From the NCBI GenBank assembly GCA_000708835.1, contig DF236951.1:372101-436100 (forward strand): a stretch of 64,000 nt of DNA. Direction: 5' to 3'. Position 1 is the first letter of the stretch; every line of letters starts with the position of its first letter. A model generated the notes under the pieces. It saw only the letters and a list, made by a program, of their open reading frames with translations. It did not search any database and was not told where the DNA came from. The position numbers and the translations under genes were made by a program. This DNA is from Klebsormidium nitens. Lineage: Eukaryota > Plantae > Klebsormidiophyceae. Shown here one piece after another: positions 48,822 to 60,971 of the stretch.

Positions 48822-51800
48822 ATGTCCAATAGCGAGGCCGCGGATGGCGCCACCAATGCCGAGCACTCGGCCAAAGCGCACAGCACCAGCAATTGCACCG
48901 AACCCGGCTGCTCACACCTGCACGCCCGCATCGGCAGCCTCGAGAATGAGATCCGCACCCTCCACCAAACGCTTCAGAGCTTTGTGAACATCCTCCCACA
49001 GCTGTCGCACGCAGACCAGAGCGCTCCTCGGGAAGCTCATCTGAGCCCGGTGAACCTCCAGAGTCGATTTGAATTAGAAGAGGGGCCGGAGGCGTTGGGT
49101 CGGGGGCAGGGGGTAGATGCACGGCGGCATGATGGAACTGGTGTGTATCAGGGCGGAGAGAGGCAAACTGAGGTTTTGGAGGAAGGGCGAGCTGAGAACG
49201 AGGTAGAGGCAGCAGAAAGGGACAGGCTTGAAGGCGACGAAGATGAAGGGGGAGCTTCTGAGAGCGAGGGTGCAGCTGGCAGCGACCCGGCAGATGAATC
49301 GAGGGCAAGCTCGGGCAACAGCCTTGGTTCAGGGCCAGAGAATGAAGAGCAGCGAGGGGAGAGGACAGGCAGAAGAGCACCTGGGGTCGAGCAGAGCAAT
49401 GCAGATTCTGCAGCAAGTCGATTGGAAGGGGAGGGGGATGGTGCAGCATTGAGTCAGGGGACTGGTACTAAGGTGAAAGGGAGAGAAACGGAACAAGGGG
49501 TTGAGGCAAGCAGCCTTGCCCTGGAAGGAGGGGAGAGGAGAAAAGAGGTTACTGGGGTTTCTGCAGCAAATCCGGAAGCCGGGTTAAGTGGGGGGAACGA
49601 GAGTGGGGGTAAAATTGGAGAGGAGCAAAGAGCGGGGGATGAGAGTGAAACAGCCGAGTGGCAAGTAGATGAGCTTGAGCAGGGCGTGTTGAGCATTGAG
49701 TTGAGCGGGGGTGTCCCTGCAGCACGGGAACTGCTGAGTGAGGGGTTGGGAGCTGGTCAGGAGTACGGGCCTGGGAATGCAAGAGAAACGGAGCAAGGGG
49801 AGGAGGGGGAGAGCAGCGTCGCCACGTTGGGGCGGGAGGGTGTGTCAGGAATTGATATAGGCGGGCCAGGTGATGCGGTGGCAATCAACGGTCTCGCCGC
49901 TGATGTCATTGCTGCAGATGAGGGGGTGGGGCCGAGTGCGCACACGTTTATCCGGAAGGAGCTGAGCATCACGGTGGACGAGGAGAACGGGACAGCGCCA
50001 AACGGTCGGGCGAGCCTGTCGTCTGGGGGCGACTCGTCGGGATCGCAGATCGAGGGGCATGGCACGCAGGATGGCGCGTCAAATTCGACGTCCAATTCCC
50101 CTCTGCTGACGAGCCCCGATGCACGCTGGGGGGGGATCCCCCGGAGCAACAGCATCTCGAATTTCCGGCCCCCTCGGGGGGGGTGGCGGAAACACCGCCG
50201 GCGGTCGTCGTCTTTTGGGGAAGGGGTGTTGGGAAGATACCCCCAGGAGTCAGATCCACGGGGCGTTGTGGGATCCCCCGGGTCCTCCTTCGAGCTGCAA
50301 CCCTCGTCCCGCGAGAACTCGTGGCCAGAAATGGGCCCAGAGTTCTACCACTCCCCCCAGGGGGGGCCGCAGTTTGTGGACCCGTATCAGACCTATGGGA
50401 GCGCCCCGGAAGTCATGTATCTGCCGCACCAGGGGTTTCCGATGCAGGGTTACCTGACCTCGCCTGGTTACGTAGCCTCACCCGGGTATGGTAACTCCCC
50501 TGGTTATGCAAACTCCCCGGGTCACTCCTGGTCCCCTGGCTTCGCAGGCTCCCCCGTCTTCCCCTCCTCACCCGCTTACCCCCCTTCCCCGGGGTGGGGA
50601 ATGGAGCTACCGCAGGTCGCAAACAGCGTCATGGGGACCCCCGTGCCAGGCCCACCGCCCTTGGATCGAACGATCTCTGAAGGGGCTTTGCTTGCTGGAT
50701 CCGGGAATGGGGGGCGAGGGCCGGCGCCGGAGGAGAAGATCTCGCGCCGGGCGAGCTTTGGGGGCCGCAATACGCCGACAAGAAGTCCAGGGAGGGGGGG
50801 CCGGGCCGGGAAAAAGAGCCCAGAGCACCAGAAGCGAGGTGAGCAGTTGCGCTTTGGTGTTGCGGCAATACCGTGGAGCTAGCGGTGATGAAAGAGAAGC
50901 AGGGGCGGGCGCTGCTTCATCTTGCTGGACTGGTGCCCCCTTGGGGATGACGTTGTGTGCTGGTAGTGAAGTGTTGGGGCCTGCGCAATTGGTCCTTGGA
51001 CAAGCGTGCGCAGCGGTTGGTGATTACGGATTTGCTGAGAAGCTCAGTAACAAGTTATATGGTTGAGCATCAGATCCAAGTGATCGGAAGCTTGACGGCC
51101 CAGAGGTCTTTCGTCCCCCTTTATTGAACGCCTCGCTCCGGTAATACTACAGTTCCTGCACGAAACGTGTTCCTGACGGTCTTCAGAACCCGCTTGTGGG
51201 AAAGGCGGCTGTCCTTCCCTGCAACTTGTGTGCCTCGCAGATCTGAAACACCCGTTTCCCTGAGCTGCAAGTGCACAACAATTGCTGTTCTGTCTGCAAC
51301 ATTTGAATGACCTCCTGTTCTAACTTGCAACTCTCAGCTGTATCTTTTCTCTGCAAGTAAACAAGGGCTGCAATAAAAGTCTACGTTGAAAGATGTCGCC
51401 CCTTTCTTTGTCCCCCTTTGGTTTAAACCCGAGACCCAACCGAAAGCAGGAAACAATCGCAATCTACCCTGACTGATGTACCTTCTGCCCTCCCGCTCTA
51501 GGTGCCGCAGTGGCTGCCAATCCCACGCCTTCGGAGGCCATTCCGCCACATGCGCGGGGGCTTCTGGGCAGTTCTCCTCAGGGGGTTCCGGATGGGCCGG
51601 GGTCGCGGCCCCCTTCAACGCTGAGCAGCGGTCGGAGCTCGGGTAGCCGTGGCTTGCAGTACATGCACGCCTGTACATCCCGTTCGATGCAAGATTTGGA
51701 GGCCGTGTGGATCGAGAACCAGCAGGCATATCCAAGGTACCAGACTGGTACAAGTCCTGGGCGGCCTGACGAAAATGGACCCGTCACAGGCATTGTACAA

Positions 51801-51926
51801 GAGAAGCCTTTGCCGGAAAACGAATCAAGCTTAGGAGGCACGGGGTATTTTATGCCGACCTATCCGAAGCCACAGCGAAGCAGGGGCAAAAGCCCGGAGA
51901 CACCTGACAAATCCACTGGCGGCTAG
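48822..51926 (+). CDS. Uncharacterised, largely disordered Gly/Glu/Ser-rich protein with a short N-terminal coiled coil and SPG-x hexad repeats; 2 or more exons
   Basis: 686-codon ORF 48822-50882 with a phase-1 donor (CGAG|gtgagc, ~50837) that joins in frame to acceptor ctag|GTGCC (~51501) and continues to the stop at 51926. A further 5' exon near 48617-48740 is possible. No recognisable catalytic domain. Confidence 0.6.
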
Positions 51927-52381
51927 GGAAGCGTCGGACAATGGATAGGTACAGGTAGCGGTTGGTGCAAGCTGGGCGAAGAGGCGTGGGTAGGCGATTG
52001 CGGCGCAGTTTAGGAATAAGCGAATTGCAAATCCAGCTTGCTCAAAGTTGTCCTGCCTCGAGAGATGTTAGAAGTTAAACTTATGCTTTTACCTGTAGAT
52101 GACTATCGGCAAAACACCTTGCAAGGGGCGTAAAGAAGCAGAAAGATAGTCAACTAACTTAACATTTTTTCTTAGACACGGATTGGTGGATTGCATCCAG
52201 TTTGCGATCAAGCTGTCGGTGGACGCAAGATATGACCACGTGCGATATGATCTTTGTTGACGACATTGATAACGCTGTCCGGGCACACCACCTCCATAAG
52301 TTCATCCTGTGCATATGCCTACCCTGGATCTAATCTGCGCCACAGTACTACCGTACGGTATACATGTCCAGCTCGATCACC

Positions 52382-52908
52382 GGCCGGCCGACACAAGGAT
52401 TAATTTGCAAGAAGCTTGGCATGAGACCGCATATCACGAAGCTCGGTGTGACCGCGGGTCTTATCAACTGAATGCGTTCAGATAGAATCGTTCTTGGTAT
52501 CTTGTACGTGGACCGCAAGTGGTGAGGACGCTTCCGGCTCTAGAGCCATTCGTATTACCTATGGCTACTAAAATTAGCTGTTCAATGCGGCGGCATCATT
52601 GCATGGCACATGTTGAGTCCACGTGCATCATGCGGCCTTCCGCAACTCATGTATGGCCTCGTACAAAGCTCTAGCTAATCCGCCCCATGCCTTTCATCGT
52701 GGGTACGGGCTTATACGAGAAGATCCGCATGCACATGCACGATTTAATTCGTGACATTGGACGACGCCAGCAATTATCCCAATCTCTCATGGCGTTGCTA
52801 TATTGTAGGGGCCGGCACCAGGTGTTCCATGCAAGACTCGGCGGCGGAATTTGTACGTTAATCTGTTTTAGTCAAGCGCCGATCTATCGATTCCCTCAAG
52901 TGACTTGA
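52382..52908 (+). pseudogene. Decayed NB-ARC (NLR/STAND) winged-helix fragment
   Basis: KIRMHMHDLIRDIGRR matches the MHD motif (MHDLIRDMGR of TIR-NLRs). It is preceded across a frameshift by GLVQSS(LIR) and, further up with in-frame stops, by the weakly GLPL-like ICKKLGMRPHITKLGVTAGLI. Confidence 0.55.
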
Positions 52909-52912
52909 GCAC

Positions 52913-55900
52913 TCACGCATCCAATTCATTGGCTTCGTGATCAGGTGCCCACAATTTTATGGTCCGGTCATAAGCTGCTGTCGTGATATACTGCCCTTCA
53001 GCGCTTATATCCACATCCAAGATCTTTCCCTCGTGGCCTGCAAGCGTCTTTACCGGTTTGAAGTCTTTCCCAGACCAGATCCTCGCTGTGTTGTCATGGG
53101 AGCTCGTCACGAGGAAGTACCCCTGCGAGGGCTCATATTTGACCTGCGCAGGTAGCGACAAGTGGTTTTAAACTGCGCGTAACGCCGAGTACCAGCTGTC
53201 ACATCAGGCACATCCAAACAAAGGACAAGGCCACAAGGGGCAGCCTTGAGGCCATAGCGTTTGGCATCAGTTGCGACCTACTATGGACGCCGTGACTCCG
53301 GATTTTGAACCAGACTCGCTTGACCACGCGGCGTGCGATCATGCAAGCCTGCAATTGCCGGCGAACAACATATGATGCGTGAAGCACACGTCAGATGCCC
53401 GTCGGTTACATCACGTCAACTGACATTTCCAAGGACGAGAAGGCTTTCCACCCCCGTAACCATCGCTTATTTCATCGGCCAGTCGTTACCACCGTCAACC
53501 GTCAGCAATAGTGGGCGATAGTGTTGCTCCAGTTCAGCTGTCTCGTGACTCTTTGAGCGGAAATTGACTGGGTAAGAAGAGTTGCAGTTTCCGGGACATG
53601 GTCATCCGGCTAGTCCCCCGCCAATCAGAGACTAGGCAGGGCATATGAAAGACAACAAGAGCAAGCAAATTTTGATGGCGCACTTCTGTAGGTGCTCAGC
53701 CGCTTGCGAATAAGGAGTACACGACTCGACGGAACGGTCTTCGAACAGCAAAGTACAGCCCTCGAGAGCGAAAAGACGTCTCAGGGGTCGATAAAAGTGT
53801 AAGTGAGGGTCCTTCGTGCTTCTTCGACCTCTCCACGCCAACCAAAGCAAGGTCACCGAAGGATCACCAGACACTTGCCCGCTCCTTTCCATGTTCGCAT
53901 CAACACCGCAAACCGATCAAAAGATAGTGCTGGCAAGCGAAAACTTACAGACAAGGCGTCACCAGGCCGGAACCCCAGACAAACCGATCCTGTCACCTCA
54001 CCGATTGAACACACGTAAATAACTGATCGATCAATTACAAACACGCCGCACGCCGGTCGTCGACCACTTTTTTACCCACAAACCGGGGGCCAAATTCTCC
54101 TGCCACAGGCGCATCCACCAACTGAAAGGTGCTTAGGATGAAAAGCCCACAAGGCGCGTTACCAAACACTGCACTGAAACCAGGCGCCCCTTCTGGTGGA
54201 GCCTTACCTGAGTGATGAGGTGTGAATGCGCCGGGATGACGTACAGCGACCTCCGCATCCGAAGGTCCCAGATGCGACACGTGTGGTCCTCGCCGGCCGT
54301 GGCTAAATGGTACCCGTTGGGCGAAAAGTCGATCCCCAAGATCTGCACGCAGATGAAAGTAGATTGGCTTGGGTGCTAGCACACATTGGATTCGAGAAGT
54401 GAAGGAGAATGACACTTGCCTTCAAAGAAGGAAAAGCTGTCCGAGCATCGTAACCAACTTGCCAGTATTCTCGGCCCACAAACGAAAGCAGGGGCTCAAA
54501 AGACAGACACCTAACCACCGCAGAGTACAGTGTTTGAGCCGTTCGGAGATGCCACTTCAGGGTCTTAAGCGGCGTGACTTCCACGAAAGTCACCGGAAAA
54601 GTTGGGTCCAGCGGCCATATCGACATAGAACATGTGAAGGAGTTCAAGGTCATACAGTACTCTAGCGGAAGGGCTCATCATCTTAGAGGCCACCGCAAGA
54701 TTCCTCAATCAACGCAAGAACAGAGTCAGATCCGGAAATGACGCTTTGAACCAACAACGTGAATTCGAAAGACACGAACGCCTTGAAAACCTTTACTAGT
54801 GTTAAGTTCCGCGTTGACCAAAAAACTCTCGCCAGCTTCGCACCTCCGGTCAAGGTACAGCTTTGCACCGCTCCGCTCCGGCTGACTCTGTACCAAGTCT
54901 GTACTTTTCATACCACGTGACGGTTGAAGGATTCTCATTGGTACTGACGGCCCGAAAAGAGCGCTCAGCCATTTCAGTCGACGCGGGACCTAAAGCGAGG
55001 GAGCGTTGCGGGCCTTACCGGTTTGACGTGTCCCTGTAACGGCATGATGCTTTTCCCCGTCCTCAGATCCCAGACGCGCGCCAGTGCATCGAGCCCGCAC
55101 GACGCGACTAGGGAGCCGTCCACGTGGAACGCGATACCGTACACGGCGCGGCTGTGGCCCTCCTGCCACGTGGAAGAACGAGAACCGTTGATATGGTTGA
55201 ATGGTCCAGAGGAGGCGTTAGTGAGAAGGAGCGCAGAAAAACAGAGAGTCAATGTCGAGCGGAAGTTAGGTGCAAGCCACAAGCAAGCGGAGGTCAATCT
55301 TTGAAGGGCAAGGTGGGTAGACAGGGACAAAATTAGCAGCATTAGGAAGGGAGATTAAAAGCCAGCATGATTACGAAAGTCGAACAAGCGCAAGTCGACT
55401 TGCCGCTGCACTGTAGACCTCGTCGCAAGGTCCCAATGGGCGACATTGACACCAAATTATGTTTGCCCAGCAAGGAGCAAATTTCAATCGGAAAAGGGGG
55501 GGTTACCTGCAGCAGCATTTCAACCCCCGTTTCGAGGTGCCACAGCCGCCAAGTCTTGTCGAAGCTGGCGGTACCCAGGTACCTACCGGACGGGTGGAAC
55601 GCGATCCGGGCGAGCCGGTCCAAGTGTCCGGAAAAGGTCCGCACCTCCTTGCCTACAGAGGAAACGCTTGCTTGTGAATCCAATTTTCTCGACGTTGTTG
55701 GAGCGACAACCTGCTCTTATCTTCGACCGGCCCAGCTTTTGTAGGAGCTCTCTTATATTGCATTGTCAGCTTCATCGGAGTTTAGAGAAAACAGTACCGC
55801 ATCCACAAACGGTTGCAACTTCTGAGATTTGTGGTTTGCCTCTGAAGTTGTCAGCTTGCGACGGTTATGAGGAACGTCCTGCAGAATCGCCGGCCCGTGT

Positions 55901-58900
55901 GCTTGCAAATGCTTTCGGCTGGCCAATAAGCCTTCGAAAAGTTTACCTTTTACAATCCTCGAGAATACCAAGATGTAAGCAGTCCCGAGGAAACCGCTTG
56001 GAAACGCGCAGGACAACTTCCTCTGGAATTGTCCACCGAGGAGAAGCCATACAATTGCAAATTAAATTGTGCAAGTTAAGACAGGGCACAAAGTGCACAA
56101 CCCGTACTTAGCTGACGACCAGACAGAAGGTCCAGCGTGATCCGTTCAGCAGAAGAGATGATTGCGTGGGTTCCAGGCAGCCTGCCAACCACAACTTCCT
56201 GCTGACGCAAGCTCAAAGCCCCCCGCGAAACGTGTCATACCACAAGCAGTCACAGCTCATATAAAAGGTGGATCTTTCATTCCAAGCACCGCTCAAGAAG
56301 CCTTTTGGGACACGGATATGAACCTGAACCTCGACGGCACATGGATTCAACGCCAGTGGAGGCTGCCAATTGTCCGACACGAGAGGAACTTGATAACTCG
56401 TGAATTGAAAATACCAGGGTATTGAAGGGGTCAGGTCGGAAGTCGCGAGAGGGGTTAGGGTCGGGGTCAAGGCTAACCTTTGAGGTTCCACAGCTTGGCC
56501 GTCCGGTCCGCGCTCGCTGTCGCCAGATCCGGACCGTCCGAATCCATCCCAATCGCCGGGCTCGGGTGGAACGCCACGTCCGTGATTCGCTCCGCGTGCG
56601 CTCGGAAGACCGTCTGCTGGGCCATCTGGGGGATCCCCCACACTTTAACGAGCCCCGACCACCCCCCGGTAATTAGCAGGCTGGCGCCCGGGTCGGGGGA
56701 GAGCGCGCACGCGGATACCGGGCGCTCGTCGCCGTGCTCGCTGCAGGTTAACGCGAAAAATCTTTGACCCAAAGGCGGGTAAGGCTGGGTTGGAGATAGC
56801 GACTAGATAAAGGTCCCAAGGGTTAGAGGCCGATAGCGTCAGTCCTCTTCTACAGAGTTGGGCGAATTTTGGGAAAGGCCTTGAGATGATCTGTTGGGAA
56901 AACAATCGTGCATGATATTGAAAGAGCAAAGTATGTCTACAATCTTCCCGGGTTTGGGGAGAGAAGCGCACGCGTGCTCTGTGCAGTGGAAAAAGGGAGG
57001 TGATCGCATTTCTGAAAAGAAGAGTAAAAAGCTGTCGACCAAGAGAAGTGAGCTTGATCGATCCACGGAGATCCGGGGCACTTGCTTTCGACTCCACTGG
57101 TTTGGCAAGAGAGTTGAGAGGGTGAAAGGGCGGTTAATTTGACCCAGACCTTGAATTACAACTACGAAGTACAAAATCCGCACAAAAGCTGCATCACCGC
57201 CCTGGTTATCACCTTGACCACCTCGTGAAGAGTCGCATCTTCACCAGCCTGGGAGCGGCTCCCATAAATCCCTCAGACCAACTTTAAACCCAAAGCTTAA
57301 AGCACGAAACCTCTATCCCTCGGAAGTAAGCCCTCAAGTAAAAATCGACATACTTCAGATTGCCCACCTGAGTGCATCACTGGCCGCGTCATCGTCTTTA
57401 CCACCTCGCCAAGAGTCGCATCTTCGCCAGCCCCGGAGCAGCTTCCAAATCTTTTACTTCAAGCCCAAAACCAGAGAGTACGAACCTCTTCACTAGTACT
57501 CAAATCGTAAACCTTCAAAACACATAACCCGTAGCCCCACCTGAGCTGCATTGCCGTTCTCGTCATCGTCTTTACCATCTCGTCCAGCTCCGCATCGTTC
57601 AACGATTCCTCGTACGGGAACCTTCCAAAACCCACCCTAACCCCCGGTTAACCCCCTAATAATCCTAGTCCACAAACCCGAAAGCCCCACCTGAGCTGCG
57701 TCGCCGCATCGCGTCACTGTCTTAACCAGCTCGTCCAGCTCCACATCTTTCCACATGTCTTGCATCGTAACCTGCCAAAACACACCCTAAACCCCTGATA
57801 ACCTCAAACGCCAAACCCAAAACCCCCACCTGAGCTGCATCGCCGTTCTCGTCATCGTCTTAACCACCTCGTCCAGCTCCGCATCCTCGTCCTCGTCGGG
57901 GTCCTCCTGCCGCCGCTTCGCCGCCGCGATGCGCGCCGCTGCCCGTGGAAGCGACAGCCGCGCAATGAGCTTCCGCTCCTCGTGCAGCTCGGGGGATCCC
58001 TCCGTGTAGAACAGCTCCACCTTGGGCTGGCCGTCTTCGGACGGCTCCTCGTCCTCCTCGAGCGGGCCCTCCACATCAGGAAGCTCTCCCTGCAAGTGCA
58101 GACAAAAAACCATAAACAGAATTCTGACTCACAAAGAGTTTTGCGTACTCACTATTGGGAGGCTGCCGCTTTGATTTGAACAGTAAGATCTGCAGGATTC
58201 GAGATTTCAAGCGCTTCTTGTTCTTTTCGAGCGGGCGCTCTCGGTCCGACGGCTCGCCCTTCCAAGTGCACGAAGCCATCAAGTTGCACACAGAGTCTCA
58301 ACGCCACGACGATCTTGAAAAGAGACTGGTGCAGCCGAATAGACGCTTCTTTCTCTAAGTGGCGATGCTCTCGACCGAGTTGGACGCAGAAACAAAGAGT
58401 TCGGAGTACGACATGGCCTATTTCTTTTATCATGCATAACCTGTCAAAAAGATCGGCAGAAGTTGACAACAGCTTGTGCACGTCCCAATTGAAGACGCGA
58501 ATTACCGATCGGTTTCGAGGGCATCTACATTCAGACGCAACAGTTGAGGAAGTTGCAGCCATGGCATTACTGTGACATGAAAGTCACCGCAGGGGCAACC
58601 CCGCTCACGGAGATTGGAAGAGAAGCGGTATCGAAATAACGCTCAACCTAAAGAAACTTGATAAGAATTCCTGAAATCCTACTCAAGTCCTCGAAGCGTT
58701 CACAATGCAAGAGAACCAAACTAATTTCCAGCTTCTCACAAAGAAGTCCGTGTATTGACTTTCCTAAAAGCAAGAAGATGATTCACCTCGGTTTCCAGCC
58801 GCGCCATGAGCTGCCTCAACCGGTCCCGCCGCTCCATCTCTTTCTCCCCAAACAGCGTGATCGGTTGCTCCAATTGTCGTAGTCTTTGCCGCACCGCCTG

Positions 58901-60226
58901 GTCGTTTGTGGGGACCGCCAACCGCGCCGCACGCCGAGCGAGCTCTAGATCTTTCAACAGCTTCTCCTGCAGACAGCACTCATTTGTGCACGCATCAGCA
59001 ATGATTGCGGAAGAATATAAACCGGGGACACGCAGCTTTGAGCAAGACGTGTAGGACCTGTAAGCGAAGGTGAGCAACTGAGATGTTCTTGGAACCGAAC
59101 CACTAGCTGCGAGCAAGATGACCTCATTCTTGTTCTGTGACAAGGAACTCTAGGCCACTCTTTTCTGGGAATACCGTCATCTTCTCCGATTGCACAATTG
59201 ACCACTCCGGAGAAACAACTAGCTCCACCTCTGGCCGTGACACCAAGTTTACGGCAATAGCAGAAAATTTTGCACTAGCGACTACAATCGCCGTACGGAT
59301 TGAACACCCTGCTTAGATTCGATCCAGAACATAAATATATATATGAGATCATCGGCACGATTGCAAACAACTTTTTGCACTGAATGTTCCCATCGGAGAA
59401 ACGAGGGTGGCGCTAAGGAAATTGACATAAGGCCGGAAGTGGTCGAGCACTCATTAGGCCCTGACACTGAAAAGTGCAGGCGTCATGTGGCTACGAGATT
59501 GCAGCTTGAAGATATGATCGATATTATTCGCAAAGCTTCGACCACCAGAAGTGGCGCCTTCCCCCACACTTGTACACCAGGAATTGTCAGCAGAACAATT
59601 GTTCTTTTTTCTTGTGAGGAAGGCCATCATGAAGCCTTTCATGTGATGACTGCACATTACACATTTCAAATGTAACGCTCAGCCTCAGAAGGAATTTTTG
59701 ATAGAAGAGATGGACTCCCAATGCCAACATTGATAACCTCCTTGTTACCTACCCTTTTGCAAACATGGGACGCCACTCATTCAAAAGCGCGCACAATTCG
59801 GAACAAAGACCAGATCCAAGAATGATAGTCTTTTGGGCTGAGGAGGATGGCGCAAAACAACCCAGGCAGAGGACGAAAAGCAGCGCGCACCTGCCGCTCC
59901 TTTGCAGCCCGACTCTCCTCTGGCAATTCCATCATGTCATTTGCATCTGGCACCGAAATGTGCCCGGCAGCAATCCCTGCCGCCACCCCCGTCGCTTCCT
60001 CGTCCTCTTCTTCGTCCTCTTCTTCCATTGCACCACCCTCAAAAACAACACTTGCAGGTTCCTCGCCCGCTCCATGCTCCTTGGCCGGTTGCCTTTGTAA
60101 AGCTGCAAGCCTTTCCTTTTCCCGGTGCTCCAGAGAACCAAAGAAGATGTGCGCGCCAGTGGCTTTAGGAGCCAGGGCCCTCTGCTCCTCCTCCGTCAAT
60201 GTTGTTTCATCCTCCTCGTCTGCCAT
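52913..60226 (-). CDS. PRPF4: U4/U6 snRNP protein PRP4 (PRPF4/LACHESIS-like), 8 exons, PRP4 motif plus WD40 repeats
   Basis: Exons 60226-59891, 58966-58787 ([35 protein letters not shown]), 58089-57830 (FYTEGSPEL), 56740-56478, 55652-55507 ([26 protein letters not shown]), 55162-55019 ([18 protein letters not shown]), 54342-54208, 53143-52913. All joins are in phase. Confidence 0.95.
57181..57900 (-). repeat. Serial intronic copies of the 3' end plus donor of PRP4 exon 3
   Basis: GAGCTGGACGAGGTGGTTAAGACGATGACGAGAACGGCGATGCAGCTCAG|gtgggg (real donor 57829) recurs with donors at 57690, 57540 and 57367, and in degenerate form near 57190. Confidence 0.9.
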
Positions 60227-60971
60227 GGTGTGCTGTATGGGGAATCGTCAGGGCCCTTCCAATATGCTGAGCACCTCTAATACAAGAGGGCCACTTCTTT
60301 TTATCACAGAAGCCTGTAATCAAATCAATTGGTGGATGGCTGACCGCTGTGGAGTGTGCTCCAAACCAGTGTCTTGTCGCGACTCTTCAAGATGCATGCA
60401 AGGGAAGCTCCTTCCCCTTTCTATCCGCCTTTCCTTCAATTTCGAGCACATTCAACAAGGTTAAATTATTGACAATCTTGCCTACCGTAGAAAGGGCGTA
60501 TGATCAAACGTGTTCTTGAATTTATCTTTTTAAGTATCGAGGCTCAACTTGTCAAGTAGGTATGCCCCAAAAAAGTCGAGGCCGCAATCCGTCGATCGTT
60601 GGATATATGGACGTGATATATCAGCATACATCTAGCTCAATCTAGCTCAATCTAGCTTATGACGATGACAGTATTGTCTTTTCTGAATAGTCCTCATAAA
60701 TTTATAAGTGAGATCTTCCAGTTTCTGCTCTTCCTCCTTGAGATTGAGCGCAAATCTCCTCGAATCATGCTGCGAAGATCAGGGTCTTCCGCCAAGTCGT
60801 CCATGTGATTCTTTTCTGCCTGATTGGTGTATTAGCTCAAAGGTGGTCCAACAAGCTGGCTCTTTGGGAGCATCGTTTCTGGATTTGTGATTGGGGTGGT
60901 GGTGTTCATATTACTGGCGTTGGCGCCACTTATAACAATCAAGGGTAAATCAGTTGCCGTCTTGCTTTTCA
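60227..60971. promoter_or_regulatory. Probable divergent promoter between PRP4 and acylphosphatase; contains a TCTAGCTCAA near-triple repeat at 60631-60660
   Basis: Head-to-head start codons; the short tandem repeat is directly visible. Confidence 0.35.

Noticed and set aside
54560-54685. Box C-like ATGATGA and a downstream CTGA in a PRP4 intron (sense strand)
   Set aside because: No terminal stem or recognisable rRNA/snRNA guide; such boxes occur by chance.
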